From contig NC_057753.1 of assembly GCF_004010195.1 (NCBI RefSeq), positions 9,078,466 to 9,142,465 on the forward strand: a stretch of 64,000 nt of DNA, in the 5' to 3' direction. Below the pieces are notes generated by a model. It saw only the letters and a program-made list of their open reading frames with translations. It searched no databases and was not told where the DNA came from. This DNA is from Chiloscyllium plagiosum (lineage: Eukaryota). The position numbers and the translations under genes are program-made. The first letter of the stretch is position 1, and each line of letters starts with the position of its first letter. Below are positions 51,090 through 62,119 of the stretch, in pieces.

Positions 51090-51740
51090 ATGAGAGGAGG
51101 TAAATGGGCAGGGCTTACACCTCGGGTTCACTCTTCCTTCACTCGCAACACCCCACACCAACTTTTCGCTGCAACCGCCGAATGTGTAACACCTGCCCAT
51201 TTACCTGTCCCCTCCTGAATATCCAAGGGCTCGAATATACCTTCCAGGTAAAGTAGTACTTTACCTGCACATTTGCCACAACCTAGTCTACTGCATTCGT
51301 TGCTCACAGTGTGGATTCCCCAAAGTAAAATGAAGCATAAACTGGGTGACTGCTTCGCAGAACATCTCGGTTCTGCCCGCAAAAGAAGGCCTTGAGCTTC
51401 TGGTTGCCTGTCACTTAAACACGCCACCCTGTTCCCTGGCCAACTTCTCTGTCTCAGGCATGCAGCAGTGTTCCAGCAAAGCTCAGCTCCTGATGGAAGA
51501 CCAAAGCTTCATTTTCCACTTGGAGATCCGATAGCCATCCAGTCTTCAACATCGAGTTCAATATTGTTTGGACCCGAACTCTCCCATGCCCTTGTCCCCT
51601 ACCTCACCCACACGAGGCCTTGTTATCACATAGTCTGCTGTTACACATGACTTATTGTTAGCCAGGAACAGTCTCCATTAACAGTTAGTCACCCTCCTAC
51701 ACAGATAGTTATTCACTTCTTTGTCCCTCCAATGTTCTCC
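51090..51740 (+). mobile_element. Penelope-like element 3' fragment (GIY-YIG region)
   Basis: CNRRMCNTCPF, FQVK..FTCT..NLVYCIRCSQCG, LGDCFAEHL translations. Confidence 0.8.
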
Positions 51741-52488
51741 CACTGAACTGGCAGCAAAGGTAGCAATGTGGACTGGTATCCCTGAGCCAGCTGTTTGTCC
51801 CATCTCCAGGAATATGGCTCCCTCTTGGAGGCCCACCTGGTTCTACATAGCAAGTAAATGAGAGTCTCTGTTCGTATCATTCCCTTGCCTTCTCCCTGTA
51901 AATCTCCACATTGTTACTTTGAACATGACCACCAAATTCCCTTTTGTGTTCGTGAATCTGCCTCTTTGTCACGGTCAGACAGGGATTTACGGATCCGAAC
52001 CACTCCCTGTGCGAAAATGTTCTTACTAATGTCACTTTTACTTTCTTTCCAAATGCCTTGAAATCTCTGCCAATTTTTTAGGAAATTGAAATGATTCTCA
52101 TTTCTGCACATGAGGCTGAATTGATTTAATTTCTAACGTAAAGGACATGCGGATGTTAAGAATCCGAGACAGAAAGAGGAACTGCTGGAGAAACTCAGTA
52201 GGTTTGGCGGTACCCGCGGGAGAAAACAGAGTTCTGAAATATTGTTTCTGATTCCCTTTCCATCGATGGTGCCTGACCTGCTGAGTTGCTCCTGCAATTT
52301 CTGTTTTTGCTTTTAACTGAAAGTTCATTTCATCTTTCGGGATGAAACACCCAGACACTCCATTTGCAGATATTTAACCCTTTCTAAACCTGTGAAGCGA
52401 TTGGATTCAAACAAACCCAGCAATAATTCATTCTTTCTCAGCTCCACAGGCAGAGAGACCTGGGAAGTGAAGCTATCAGTGTGGTTCT

Positions 52489-52541
52489 TTATTTGTGGGC
52501 TGAGTGGTTTCCCTGCGCAAGTATGAACACTGCCGACTACA
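52489..52541 (+). pseudogene. tRNA-Ser pseudogene with the anticodon arm deleted
   Basis: GTGGGCTGAGTGGTT|TCCCTGCGCAAGTATGAACACTGCCGACTACA; deletion relative to paralog 55823-55905. Confidence 0.8.
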
Positions 52542-52952
52542 GTTGAGAAATGTCGTCAAAAAGAAAGGGAGAATGTTCCCCGGATTCTTATTTGAGATTC
52601 AAATCAGTGGAGGGGGTTGAAATATTTTACTCACATTGGGACTGGTAGGAATCTGCAACCCACTGCCTGTCAGGGTGGAACAAACAGAGCTGCTTTTGAG
52701 GCGATGAACCAAGACTTTGGAAATGAGACTAGAACAGTGAGGGGCGTGAAATCGTAATCGAAATGAAGCAGGCACCTGAGGATTAATGTGTTTTATTTGC
52801 CAGTGAAAGATACTGCTTCACAAAGTTGTGACTATGGAAGGGAATCAGTGACGGTGATTATCTTTGGCTGTTCACCTTGTGAATGTTCCCATTGCTGCGC
52901 ATGTCCGTGTGAACGTCAGAACTCTGCAGCATGGTGGCGTCAGGTACGCACA

Positions 52953-52989
52953 GTGCCGGGGGCGCAATGGATGACGCATCTGACTCCAG
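52953..52989 (+). pseudogene. 5' half of a tRNA-Arg(ACG)-like gene
   Basis: GTGCCGGGGGCGCAATGGATGACGCATCTGACTCCAG vs consensus GGGCCAGTGGCGCAATGGATAACGCGTCTGACTACGG; 3' half absent. Confidence 0.65.
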
Positions 52990-55255
52990 CTACCTGTTTG
53001 AAATGCAATTCACAGCTTCTTCACACAGCCCAATTAATCTTTCCCATTGTCCTGAAGCCGGCATACGGTTTGAATTCCTGATCTGCAGGAACGACACTCT
53101 TTTCACTGTCTCGCGTCAGTAAGTGTCCCTGAGAACATCAGAGTCACGTCACAGCGCTGTCAGAGGAGGGGAAGCTGAAATAGCCGCACACGCTGCTCAT
53201 GGTCACATTTCATTTTCCCCACCTCACTGCCCCAACCACTGCGGCTCCTGGGAGTGGAAAGGGAAGAAACACCAAAACCCAGTCTCAGCTTTGTAAATCG
53301 TCAGGAAATAAAAAAAAAACTGTTCATCCCTTCGGATTTTCTATCCTGGACTGACAGGAATGAGGTTTGTCACTCTTTTAGGAGAACATTGCAAGTGGAT
53401 GTTTTGCAGAAAAGCCCCACAATACAATCTGACAGTGACACTTAATTAATCAGGACCTGGATGTTATCGGCCTTTGAATGTGTGTGTTGTGCTCCAGAAC
53501 TTTGTTGTTCACAGTTTATAATGTTTATCTTCCCAGTCCTCTGTATCACTTGCTGAAATTGTTTAATCTGCGCCGTGTAATCCTTTCACTGTCTGCTAAT
53601 CAGAACAGCATTTCCTTGTTTTACCCAAATTAACTTGATCTTGTATGCCTGAAGTTAATTTCACTAGAAACCTTATCCAGTTCAAAAGCCACCTGACAAT
53701 GATGCCTCTGTTTTCTGTCACGTAGCCAATTTCAAATCAATGTTGTTCCGGTCCCTTTTATTCCTTGAGATCCAGGTTTCGCTCGCAGGGCTAGAAAAGA
53801 ACTGTTACCAAATACATTTACCAATCTACGTTCATCCTATCGATTGTATTAGCATCATCAACACTTCTCATCAAAATAACTCGTGAGACTTTCATCACAA
53901 TTTTCTGTGAACAGTTCAACTTTAGCTTTCCTGAATGAACCCCAAATTTTTGGAAGTGGCTCCTTATTTTCGACCCTGATTATTAATCTCTCTTTACGTG
54001 AAAATGGATCTTTCCCACCCGCTCTATCTCTCATCAATGTTTGCATTTCAGTTCAATTTCCCATCAGCCTCCTCTGTTCTGATCAAATCCAGGGGAACAG
54101 GAAACATTGGGGTTATGACGCGGCCATGACAAGCACAATACTCACCTTTCCTGTTGGAACCATTCCATGAGAAATATTAGGCCACAGCCTGGGGCCTCCA
54201 GCTGTGGCCGAACATTTACGTCGCTGCCTTAGACATCTTTTGGTGTTCCCCTGCCCAATGTGGAATTCTGCTGACTATGCTTTCTTCGCTGGCGATTTTC
54301 AATGACTTCCTGTTGGTTGCATTATCTCTCAAACTTCACAAAACCCGTCTCAATAAAGTCACGTTTTCTCACGTCTGGGAATTTATTGCCATGCTGGAAA
54401 CTCGAGTTCAGAACAAAAACCGTAGCACACTCAAAACGTCGGCTCTGTTTACCTTTCCACAGATGCTGCTCGACTCGTTGGCTTTCTGCAGTATTCGCTG
54501 TGTTTGTTCAACACAAATGCTGCTTTCCATTAAAGAACTTCAATCCCTGTCCTCTGGTAACTGACGCTAGTCAGTGGCAAGAGGTTCTTCTGATCATTAA
54601 CCTTCACATTCCCACCACTTCTTCTCCCATCATTGCCAACAGCCCCTGGAAATCTCCAGTTAACCTTCTTTGCTCCAAAGAGAATATCCCTAAACTTTGG
54701 AATGTCTCCCCAAAATGGAAATTCCTCATCCCTGGACATGACGCAAGGCGTACAATTGGGAAGAGATTTTGGCAAAATATTGTCAGTTAGCAGATGGAAA
54801 AATGTTCAGGAAGTAAAACAGAAATCCCTGTCTCCAGCTTTGTGAATCTTTAAAAACTCTTTGGGAAGTGGAATTAGAGGAGAATGAAGGATGAACTGTC
54901 CGACTGAGCAGAGACAGTCACCGTCCCCTTGTTTAAGAGGCCGGGAGATTGACTCTGATATTCTCGGGACATGAACTGATCTGCGACATTGAAAGAATTC
55001 TCTGTACATCAGGAATTCAAATCCTTTCTCGGCTCGGGGCCAATGAGAAATTTCGGGATAAGGCAAAACACTGAAAGGCTTGGAGGGCGATGGCCCCGGT
55101 GTAGAAGGGCAAGTTCCTCTTGATATGGATGTGCCTGCAGATGGTGGGATCAGACTGTCCCCATGTCTCCACAATGAATGTCCAAGGCTTTATTATGGAA
55201 AAGTAAAACTGATAGAAGACAATGGTCATTTTGGGCGGGGTCGCCGCCCTGCGCT

Positions 55256-55329
55256 GTTTCTATGGCGCAATTGGTCAGCGCGTTCGGTTGTTAATCGAAC
55301 GTTTGCTGATTCGACACGACCCTGCGATG
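55256..55329 (+). pseudogene. tRNA-Asn(GTT) pseudogene
   Basis: 74 nt colinear with vertebrate tRNA-Asn (GTTTCTATGGCGCAATTGGTCAGCGCGTTCGGTTGTTAATCGAA...); T arm and acceptor stem disrupted. Confidence 0.85.
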
Positions 55330-55822
55330 AAGTGATTGTTGATTTTGCTCCTCCCGCTTTCTTGGCTGCTAAGGTGCGTGTTTGTAATGGTGTCAGGAAA
55401 ATGTTTCCCAAGCGGAAATCTTCTCCACTGAGGATGGACAAAGGGGTTTCTGAATTGATTGAATTTCTAACATAAAGGACTGCGGATGCTGAGAATCCGA
55501 GACAGAAAGCGAAACTGCTGGAGGAACTCAGCAGGTTTGGCTGTACCTGGATGAGGAAAAAGGAGTTCTGAAATGTTGTCACTGATTCTCTTTCCATAGA
55601 TGCTGCTTGGCCTGCTGGGTTGCTCCTGCGATTTCTGGTTTTGTTTTTAACTGAACGTCCATTTCATCTTTCGGGATGAAACACCCAGACTCGCCATTTG
55701 CAGATATTTAACCCTTTCGAAACCTGTGAAGTGATTGGATTCCATCAAACTCTGCAATGATTCACTCTTTCTCAGCTCCACTGGCAGACAGACATGGGAA
55801 ATGAAGCTGTCAGTGTGGTTCT

Positions 55823-55905
55823 GTATTGGTGGGCCGAGTGGTTAATGCGATGGACATGAAATCCATTGCGGTTTCCCCGCGCAAGTATGAACCCTGCCGA
55901 CTACA
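55823..55905 (+). pseudogene. tRNA-Ser(TGA) pseudogene
   Basis: GTATTGGTGGGCCGAGTGGTTAATGCGATGGACATGAAATCCATTGCGGTTTCCCCGCGCAAGTATGAACCCTGCCGACTACA; long variable arm; B box destroyed (GTATGAAC) and U33>A. Confidence 0.87.
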
Positions 55906-56323
55906 GTTGAGAAATGTCATCAAAAAGAAAGGGAGATTGCTTCACGGCGTTTTAAAGATGCAAATCAGTGGAGGGTTTGAAATATTTCAATCACATTGGG
56001 AATGGTCGGGAACCTACAACCCACTGCCTGTTAGGGTGGGACAAGCAGAAACCCACAGAGTTGCTTTTGAGGCGATGAGCCAAGTGTTTGTAAATGAGAC
56101 AAGAACAGTGAGGGGCGTGAAGTCCTGATCGAAATGAAGCAGGCACCTGAGGATGAGTGTGTTTTATTTGCCAGTGAAAGATACTGCTTCACAAAGTTGG
56201 GACTATGGAAGGAAAGCAGTGACGGTGATTATCTTTGGCTGTTCACCTTGTGAATGTTCCCATTGCTGCGCATGTCCGTGTGAACGTCAGAACTCTGCAG
56301 CATGGTGGCGTCAGGTACGCACA

Positions 56324-56360
56324 GTGCCGGGGGCGCAATGGATGACGCATCTGACTCTAG
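56324..56360 (+). pseudogene. 5' half of a tRNA-Arg(ACG)-like gene (duplicate)
   Basis: Paralog of 52953-52989. Confidence 0.65.
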
Positions 56361-56724
56361 CTCCCTGTTTGAAATGCAATTCACAGCTTCTTCACACAGC
56401 CCAATTAACCTTTCTCATTGTCCTGAAGCCGGCATACGGTTTGAATTCCTGATCTTCGGGAACGAGACTCTTTTCACTGTCTCGCGTCAGTAAATGTCTC
56501 TGAGAACATCAGAGTCACGTCACAGCGCTGTCAGAGGAGGGGAAGCTGAAAGAGCCCCACACGCTGCTCATGCGCACATTTCACTTTCCCCAAATCACCG
56601 TCCCAACCACTGCTCCTGGGAGTGGAAAGGGAACAAACACCAACACCCCGTCTCAGCTTTGTAAATCTTCAGGAAATAAGAAATCTGTCCATCCCTTTGC
56701 ATCTTCCATCCTAGGCTGAGAGCG

Positions 56725-57092
56725 TTGATTTTAAATGGCTGTCCAGTCAGTGCCGATTCGTCTTGGCTGAAAAAAAAAATCCTTATCTCATTCCAGCATT
56801 TCTTGCCACAGAGAACTGTGCGGCAGAGTTCATGTATATATTTCCTTGCATGGTATTTTGTAAATAACATTCGTCTGCTGGTTGTTTGTACAGGGTATTT
56901 CAAGTTCATTAGCCGCTGTTAAAGTGTGTTGGTAGGTTTGTGGGCTACCATGATGCTGAGAACGTTGAGTAGTCTGGACATCATTTCCGATATGTCTTTA
57001 ATATAAAGTAATGTGGCTAGGGTTTCTGCAGATGTTGTGTCTACTTGTGTCAGTTTGTTGATGTGAAATCGACAAACTGGGTTAATTGGGTA
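56725..57092 (-). mobile_element. Penelope-like element fragment (linker and GIY-YIG start)
   Basis: Minus strand TLATLLYIKDISEMMSRLL...VAHKPTNTL..RLMNLK, then a frameshifted NVIYKIPCK. Confidence 0.75.
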
Positions 57093-57094
57093 GG

Positions 57095-57735
57095 TAAAAG
57101 TGCGGATTGCAGATGCTGGAAACTAGAGTTTAGATCAGAGTGGTGCTGGAAAAGCACAGCAGGTCAGACAGCTTCCGAGAAGCAGGAAAATCGACGTTTC
57201 GGCAAAAGCACTTAATCAGGAATAGAGGCAGAACGCCTCCAGGGTGGAGAGATAAATTGGGGGTGGGGGTGTGCTGGGCCGAAGGGAGCAAAAAGTACAA
57301 TAGTTGAATGGGGGTGGGGATGGAGGTGACAGGTCAGAGAGGAGGGTGGACCGGATAGGTGGGAAGGGAGATTGGCAGGTAGGACAGGTCATGAGGACAG
57401 CGCTGAGCTGGAAGGTTGGATCTGAGGTAAGGTGAGGGGGAGGAGAAATGAGGAAACTGGTGAAGTCCGCATTGACGGCCTGGGGTTGAATTCATCCTCC
57501 AGGCATCGGGTGGGGAGGGAGCGGCGATGGAGGAGGCCCAGGACCTTCGCAGAGTGGGAGGGGGTTGGAAATGTTGGGACACAGGGCGATGGGTTTGATT
57601 GTTGCGGGTGTCCTGGAGATTTTCCCTCAAGCGCTGTGACTTGACTCTGCGAGGAGTCTCCAGTCTCCCCAATGTAGAGGAGATCGCATCGTGAGCAATG
57701 GATACAAGAAATGACATTGGTGGATGCACAGGTGA
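57095..57735 (-). mobile_element. Penelope-like element 3' fragment with terminal repeat
   Basis: Minus strand CIHCSRCDLLYIG and RLRENLQDTRNNQTHRPVSQHF; downstream ATTCCTGATTAAGTGCTTTTGCCGAAACGTCGATTT links the terminal motif to a GIY-YIG element. Confidence 0.82.
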
Positions 57736-57739
57736 AAGC

Positions 57740-57781
57740 CTTCTAACTCCCGCGGCCCGGATTCGATTTCCGGGCAGGGAA
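57740..57781 (+). pseudogene. 3' half of tRNA-Glu, truncated by the adjacent Penelope fragment
   Basis: CCGCGGCCCGGATTCGATTTCCGGGCAGGGAA followed by a TTTT run. Confidence 0.75.
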
Positions 57782-57818
57782 GAAATTTTCAGTAGAGTTG
57801 TCAGCGTGTGCCCGCATC

Positions 57819-57890
57819 TCCCTGATGGTCTAGTGGTTAGGATTCGGCGCTCTCACCGCCGCGGCCCGGGTTTGACTCCCGGTCAGGGAA
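57819..57890 (+). tRNA. tRNA-Glu(CTC), near intact; C56>T in the B box
   Basis: TCCCTGATGGTCTAGTGGTTAGGATTCGGCGCTCTCACCGCCGCGGCCCGGGTTTGACTCCCGGTCAGGGAA; all stems pair; TTTT terminator at 57895-57898. Confidence 0.93.
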
Positions 57891-57899
57891 GCCCTTTTC

Positions 57900-58700
57900 A
57901 GGGTGTTTGTTGGCTACCTATTCTTCTTAAGTGCACTGTCCAGTTATTTATTGATCTTCGTAGTTCCTGCGTGCTGCAATGTGTAGTGGCTCGTTGAAAT
58001 AGAGTCCTGATGCAGATTTGTTTGTATGTGGAGGGATGATTGCTTCTGTAGTTAGGTTCTTGGTACACGTGCGTTGTTTTCCTGTAGACGCTGTTTTGAA
58101 TTTTCAATTGACTGATCGCTCTACTGTGACATCTCGAAATGGCACTCTGTTGTTGTTCTCTTTTGTGGACTTTATGTCAGTGAGGATATTGTTGATGGTG
58201 TTGTTGGTTTCCTCTATTTTTTTTCATTTTTTGATGACAAAAGTGTCATTCGCTGTAGCGGACCCAAAGTTTGGGTTGGATCGTTGGAGGGCTGTTTGTT
58301 TTGAGTCTCTGCATTATTGCTTCTGCTAGGAATCCTGATACCGGTGGTTTCATGGGTGTTTCGTTGATTTGTTTGTAGGGCTTGTTACTGAATATGAAGT
58401 AGGTGGTAAGGCACAGTTCCAAGAGCTTGACAGTGTTATCTTTGCTGATGAAGTTGGTGCTGTGTTTGTGTCTTTGGTTCTTCGAGTAGAGTCTTCAATT
58501 TTCTTTGGCCACGTTGATCTTAATGGATGTGAACAGGGCTGTTATGTCAAAGGACATTATTATTCCATCCTCTTCTATCTTAGTGTCTTTGGTGTTCAGG
58601 AATTCTTGGATGGAGTAAATGGAGTGGCGTGAATCTTCGACTTGGTGTTTTAGCCTTCAGTGGAGGCCTTTGACTAGTCTGTGTATTGGTGTTCCAAGTA
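57900..58700 (-). mobile_element. Penelope-like element RT fragment
   Basis: Minus strand MSFDITALFTSI, TPM..P.SGFLAE, a degenerate YxDD-like ANDTFVI, and SVYRKTTH...YRSNHPSTYKQICIRTLFQRA. Confidence 0.85.
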
Positions 58701-58734
58701 GTGAGACTATGGCCTGAGGGGCCTCCTGGGTTGA

Positions 58735-59022
58735 AGAGGAGAACAACAAAAAAAATGCCATTCTTAGATGTCACAGTAGAGCGAACAGTCAATGGGGAAC
58801 TTCAAACTAGCATCTACAGAAAAACAACACACTCAAACCAAATACTGAACCACAGAAGTAATCATCCCAACACCCACAAACGAAGCTGCATCAGGACATT
58901 ATATCAACGAGCCACTGCACACTGCAGCACAGAGAAACTACGAAGAGCAGAAGAGAAATACGTATATAGTGTATTTAAGGAGAACGGGTACCCAATAAAC
59001 CCAGTCCGCCGATTTCTCATTG
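58735..59022 (+). mobile_element. Penelope-like RT C-terminal fragment, inverted relative to 57900-58700
   Basis: MPFLDVTVERTVNGELQTSIYRKTTHSNQILNHRSNHPNTHKRSCIRTLYQRATAHCS...ENGYP. Confidence 0.85.
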
Positions 59023-59248
59023 ATGCTTCCAAGCTGACTCTCAAAACTTCGGTTTTTCCCTCCATTCTTTCCTGTTTGTTTTTTGTGGGTCTCGAAAGCT
59101 TTCCCAATCTTCTGACCGAGTATTGGAGTTGGGAAGTTATGTTGTGACTGTAGAGGACATTGGTTAGACCACTTTGGGAATATTGTGTGCAATTCTGGTC
59201 TCGCTCCTATCAGAAGGATAGAAGGATATTGTGAAATTTGAATGGGTT

Positions 59249-59645
59249 CTGAAGCACTACTAGGTCCACAGAGGGGAAGAGGCCCTTCTGCTCCCCAGAG
59301 TGTGGGAAGGCCTTCAGTGATTCCTCTGCCCTGCTGACGCACCAGTCAATCCACACCAGGGAGAAGCTGTTCTCTTGCCCCGAGTGCGGGATGGGCTTTA
59401 CCCGCTCCTCCACACTGCTGATGCACCAGTTGGTCCACATGGGGTGGGGGGGTCGGGGGTGGCGTGGGGGAGGCCATTCTGCTGCCCTGAGTGTAGGAAG
59501 GCCTTCAGCAATTCCTCCGCCCTGCTGAAGCACCAGTGTGTCCACACCGGGGAGAGGGCCTTCAACTGTCCCGAGTGTGGGAAGAGGTTCATGTTTTCGT
59601 GCAACTTGAGGAAGCACCAGCGGGGGCACCAGCGCTCACAGCGAT
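59249..59645 (+). pseudogene. C2H2 zinc-finger array 3' fragment (pseudogene), 4 fingers
   Basis: [53 protein letters not shown]; a G-rich insertion causes a frameshift at ~59440-59470; the 5' side is fused to a CR1 fragment. Confidence 0.9.
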
Positions 59646-60134
59646 CATATCCCACCGGTAACGCTGCCTTGGGTCACCCCCCAGGATTGAACCTCCTGCC
59701 AGTTCTGGATGCAGTGGGAGAGTAGGTGGGCTGTTTTGTTTTCTGCAATTGCCTCCCCCACCCCCCACAACCACAACCCATGGTGGCTCAGGGTTTGCAC
59801 TGCTGCCTCATGGCACCAGGAGCCCAGGAATAATCCCACCCTTGGGGGTCTGTGTGCAATTTATGGAGGGTAGGAAAATGGGTCTGAGTAGGTTACTCTT
59901 CGGAAGATCAGTGCAGATGTGTTGGGCTGAAGGACCTGTTTCCACATTGTAGGAGTTCAACCATCCTATGAGCTTTGCTTTCAGTGGACACTGCTGCTCA
60001 TTGAACCCGGGACTGCACATTGCCAAATGAAATGTTCCAGAGAAACCTAAGACCTCAAGACCATCGGAGCAGAAGTTAGGCCATTCGTCCCGTCGAGTCT
60101 ACTCTGCCATTCGTTAGTGACAAAAGTAGTGCAG

Positions 60135-60433
60135 ATAAGATTAGCGACAGTGTGGAAACAGGCCATTTGTCCCAACAAGTCCACACCGACCCTCCGAAGA
60201 GTAACCCATCCAGACCCATTTCCCTCTGACTAATGTACCTAACTCCATGGGCAATTAAGCATGGCCAATCCACATGACCTACACATCTTTGGTTTATGGA
60301 AGAAAACAGGACCACCCAGAGAAAACCTACACAGACACTGGGAGAATGGAAACTCCTCACAGACAGCCACCCAAGGCTGGAATCTAAACTGGGTCCCCGG
60401 CGCTGTGAGGCTGCAGTGGTAACCACTAAGCCA
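60135..60433 (-). mobile_element. tRNA-derived SINE (HE1-like), paralog of 25222-25512
   Basis: Minus-strand head GTGGCTTAGTGGTTACCACTGCAGCCTCACAGCGCCGGGGACCC. Confidence 0.85.
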
Positions 60434-60559
60434 CTACATGTTGCAACCCGAAGTAGGCAAGCAGGAGATTGGGAGAATACAGCAAGCCAGGCAGCATCAG
60501 GATGTGGAGTCGTCGGCGTTTTGGGTATTAACCCTTCTTCAGGACTGAAACGTTAACTT

Positions 60560-60960
60560 CTCTATGAGAAACAATTTACGGGAATATTGCTGGGGTTTGT
60601 AGAGTTTGAGCTACAGGGAAAGGCTGAATAGGCTGGGGCTGTTTTCACTGGAGCATCAGAGGCAGAGGAGTGACCTAATAGAGGTTACAAAATCATGAGG
60701 GTTATGGACAGGGTAAGAAATAAGGTCCTTTCCCTGGGGTGAGGGAGTTCAGAACTAGAGGGCATAGGTTTAGGGGAACAGGCGAAATATATTAAAGGGA
60801 CAACTTCTTCATGCAGAGGGTGAGAAATATATGAAATGAGCTGCCTGAGTATATGGGTCAGGTGCTGTCAAATGGGACTAGATTAATTTAGGATATCAGG
60901 TCAGCATGGACAAGTTGAAACGAAGCGTATGTTTCCATGCTGTAAGCGTCTCTGACTACT
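60560..60960 (+). mobile_element. CR1-clade LINE 3' end fragment (paralog of 25640-26035)
   Basis: LSYRERLNRLGLFSLE motif and tail. Confidence 0.85.
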
Positions 60961-61356
60961 GGTCCTGATGTAAGTTTAAAATAGAGTCCAAGTAACTTTG
61001 AATAGTTCAATCTTGTTGTGCTCACATCCTGAAAAGTTTCAAATGAATCCCTCTGAGACATACTGTTTAAACATGCTGAGTTGGACAAAGTATCCAATCA
61101 AGTTCAACACAAATTCAGAGTTGAAGAAGTCAGAAGTCAGAACACCAAGGGGACCAAAACTGATCACAATATTCCAGGTGCAGCCTCATCAACGTCCTGT
61201 ATAACTACAACATAACTTGCCAACATCTATACTCAATTCTCTAATTGATGAAGGCCAGTGTGCTGAAACCTTTCTTCACTGCCTTGCATACCAATGTAAT
61301 CAGAGATATAGGACCTACTTTAAACTGATTCACAATCCAGTTGCTGGGCGCACAGA

Positions 61357-61428
61357 AGCAGAGTAGTGCTGTGTGAGGGTGCTGGGCGCATCATCCAGAG
61401 GTTGATGGGTCAAAACCATGTGATGCTT
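61357..61428 (+). pseudogene. tRNA-iMet(CAT) pseudogene (paralog of 26434-26505)
   Basis: AGCAGAGTAGTGCTGTGTGAGGGTGCTGGGCGCATCATCCAGAGGTTGATGGGTCAAAACCATGTGATGCTT. Confidence 0.78.
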
Positions 61429-62119
61429 TTGCTCAATGTCTCTGAAAGCTGCTTTCATTTGCAAAGGTGCTCTGTTCTGTATCTTGCCGTTGCATCCGCT
61501 TCCCAAAGCTTCTTCAGTGGAGGAGTGGCAGTGGTAGCAATCCCCCAGAGCTGGAGGAAAGTCCGAGCTCCAAGAAGCGGGCGGTAAGGCTGGAGGCTGG
61601 ATTTGATCAAGGCTTGTATCTATTAACTCATTTAAATGGTACCTACCGTATGGTGTTAGTTGTAGTTGGTAAAATGTACTCCCTGGAGGAGCACCCTCTA
61701 TGATGCTGCATCTCTTACCTTCTGCCCTTCCCCCATTTCTTATCTCCCATCTTGATTTTATATGTTTTTTGGTCAAATTTAATTTCATATTAATCAGACT
61801 TGGTATTCACTGTGTGCTATTAATTTGTTCGTTCGAATATTGTAAGTCAATATTAATTCTGTAATTTCATTTCTGATGTCAGAGTTTGACATTAAATGTG
61901 CAGGTGTGAATACCAGTAAGTTGAGAAAATAAATCAAAACTTGTGGTTTTTAACAAAAAGAGCAGCTCACTGATATTCATGGTATTGTCTCATTTGGGAA
62001 GATGATTCAAATATGACCAACAAACCGGTTCACGCAGTCACCCAATTTAATTAAAGTTTTCTTTAATTTAATTAAAGAAAATAACTCTGGCAGGCTAAGA
62101 TTTATGCAATCTATTTATA

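Larger units (their letters stand above)
52080..53350 (+). repeat. ~1.3-kb duplication copy A (paralog ~55440-56720) containing tRNA-Ser and tRNA-Arg remnants
   Basis: Colinear high identity; e.g. ORFs 52788-53081 and 56153-56452 translate almost identically. Confidence 0.93.
55440..56720 (+). repeat. ~1.3-kb duplication copy B (paralog ~52080-53350)
   Basis: See copy A. Confidence 0.93.

Noticed and set aside
54180..54210. 9-bp-arm hairpin GGCCACAGC..GCTGTGGCC
   Set aside because: Short and isolated; compatible with chance and has no supporting context.
52788..56493. Conserved-looking paired ORFs (52788-53081 and 56153-56452)
   Set aside because: The similarity is explained by the DNA duplication; there is no recognisable domain and the ORFs overlap tRNA remnants.
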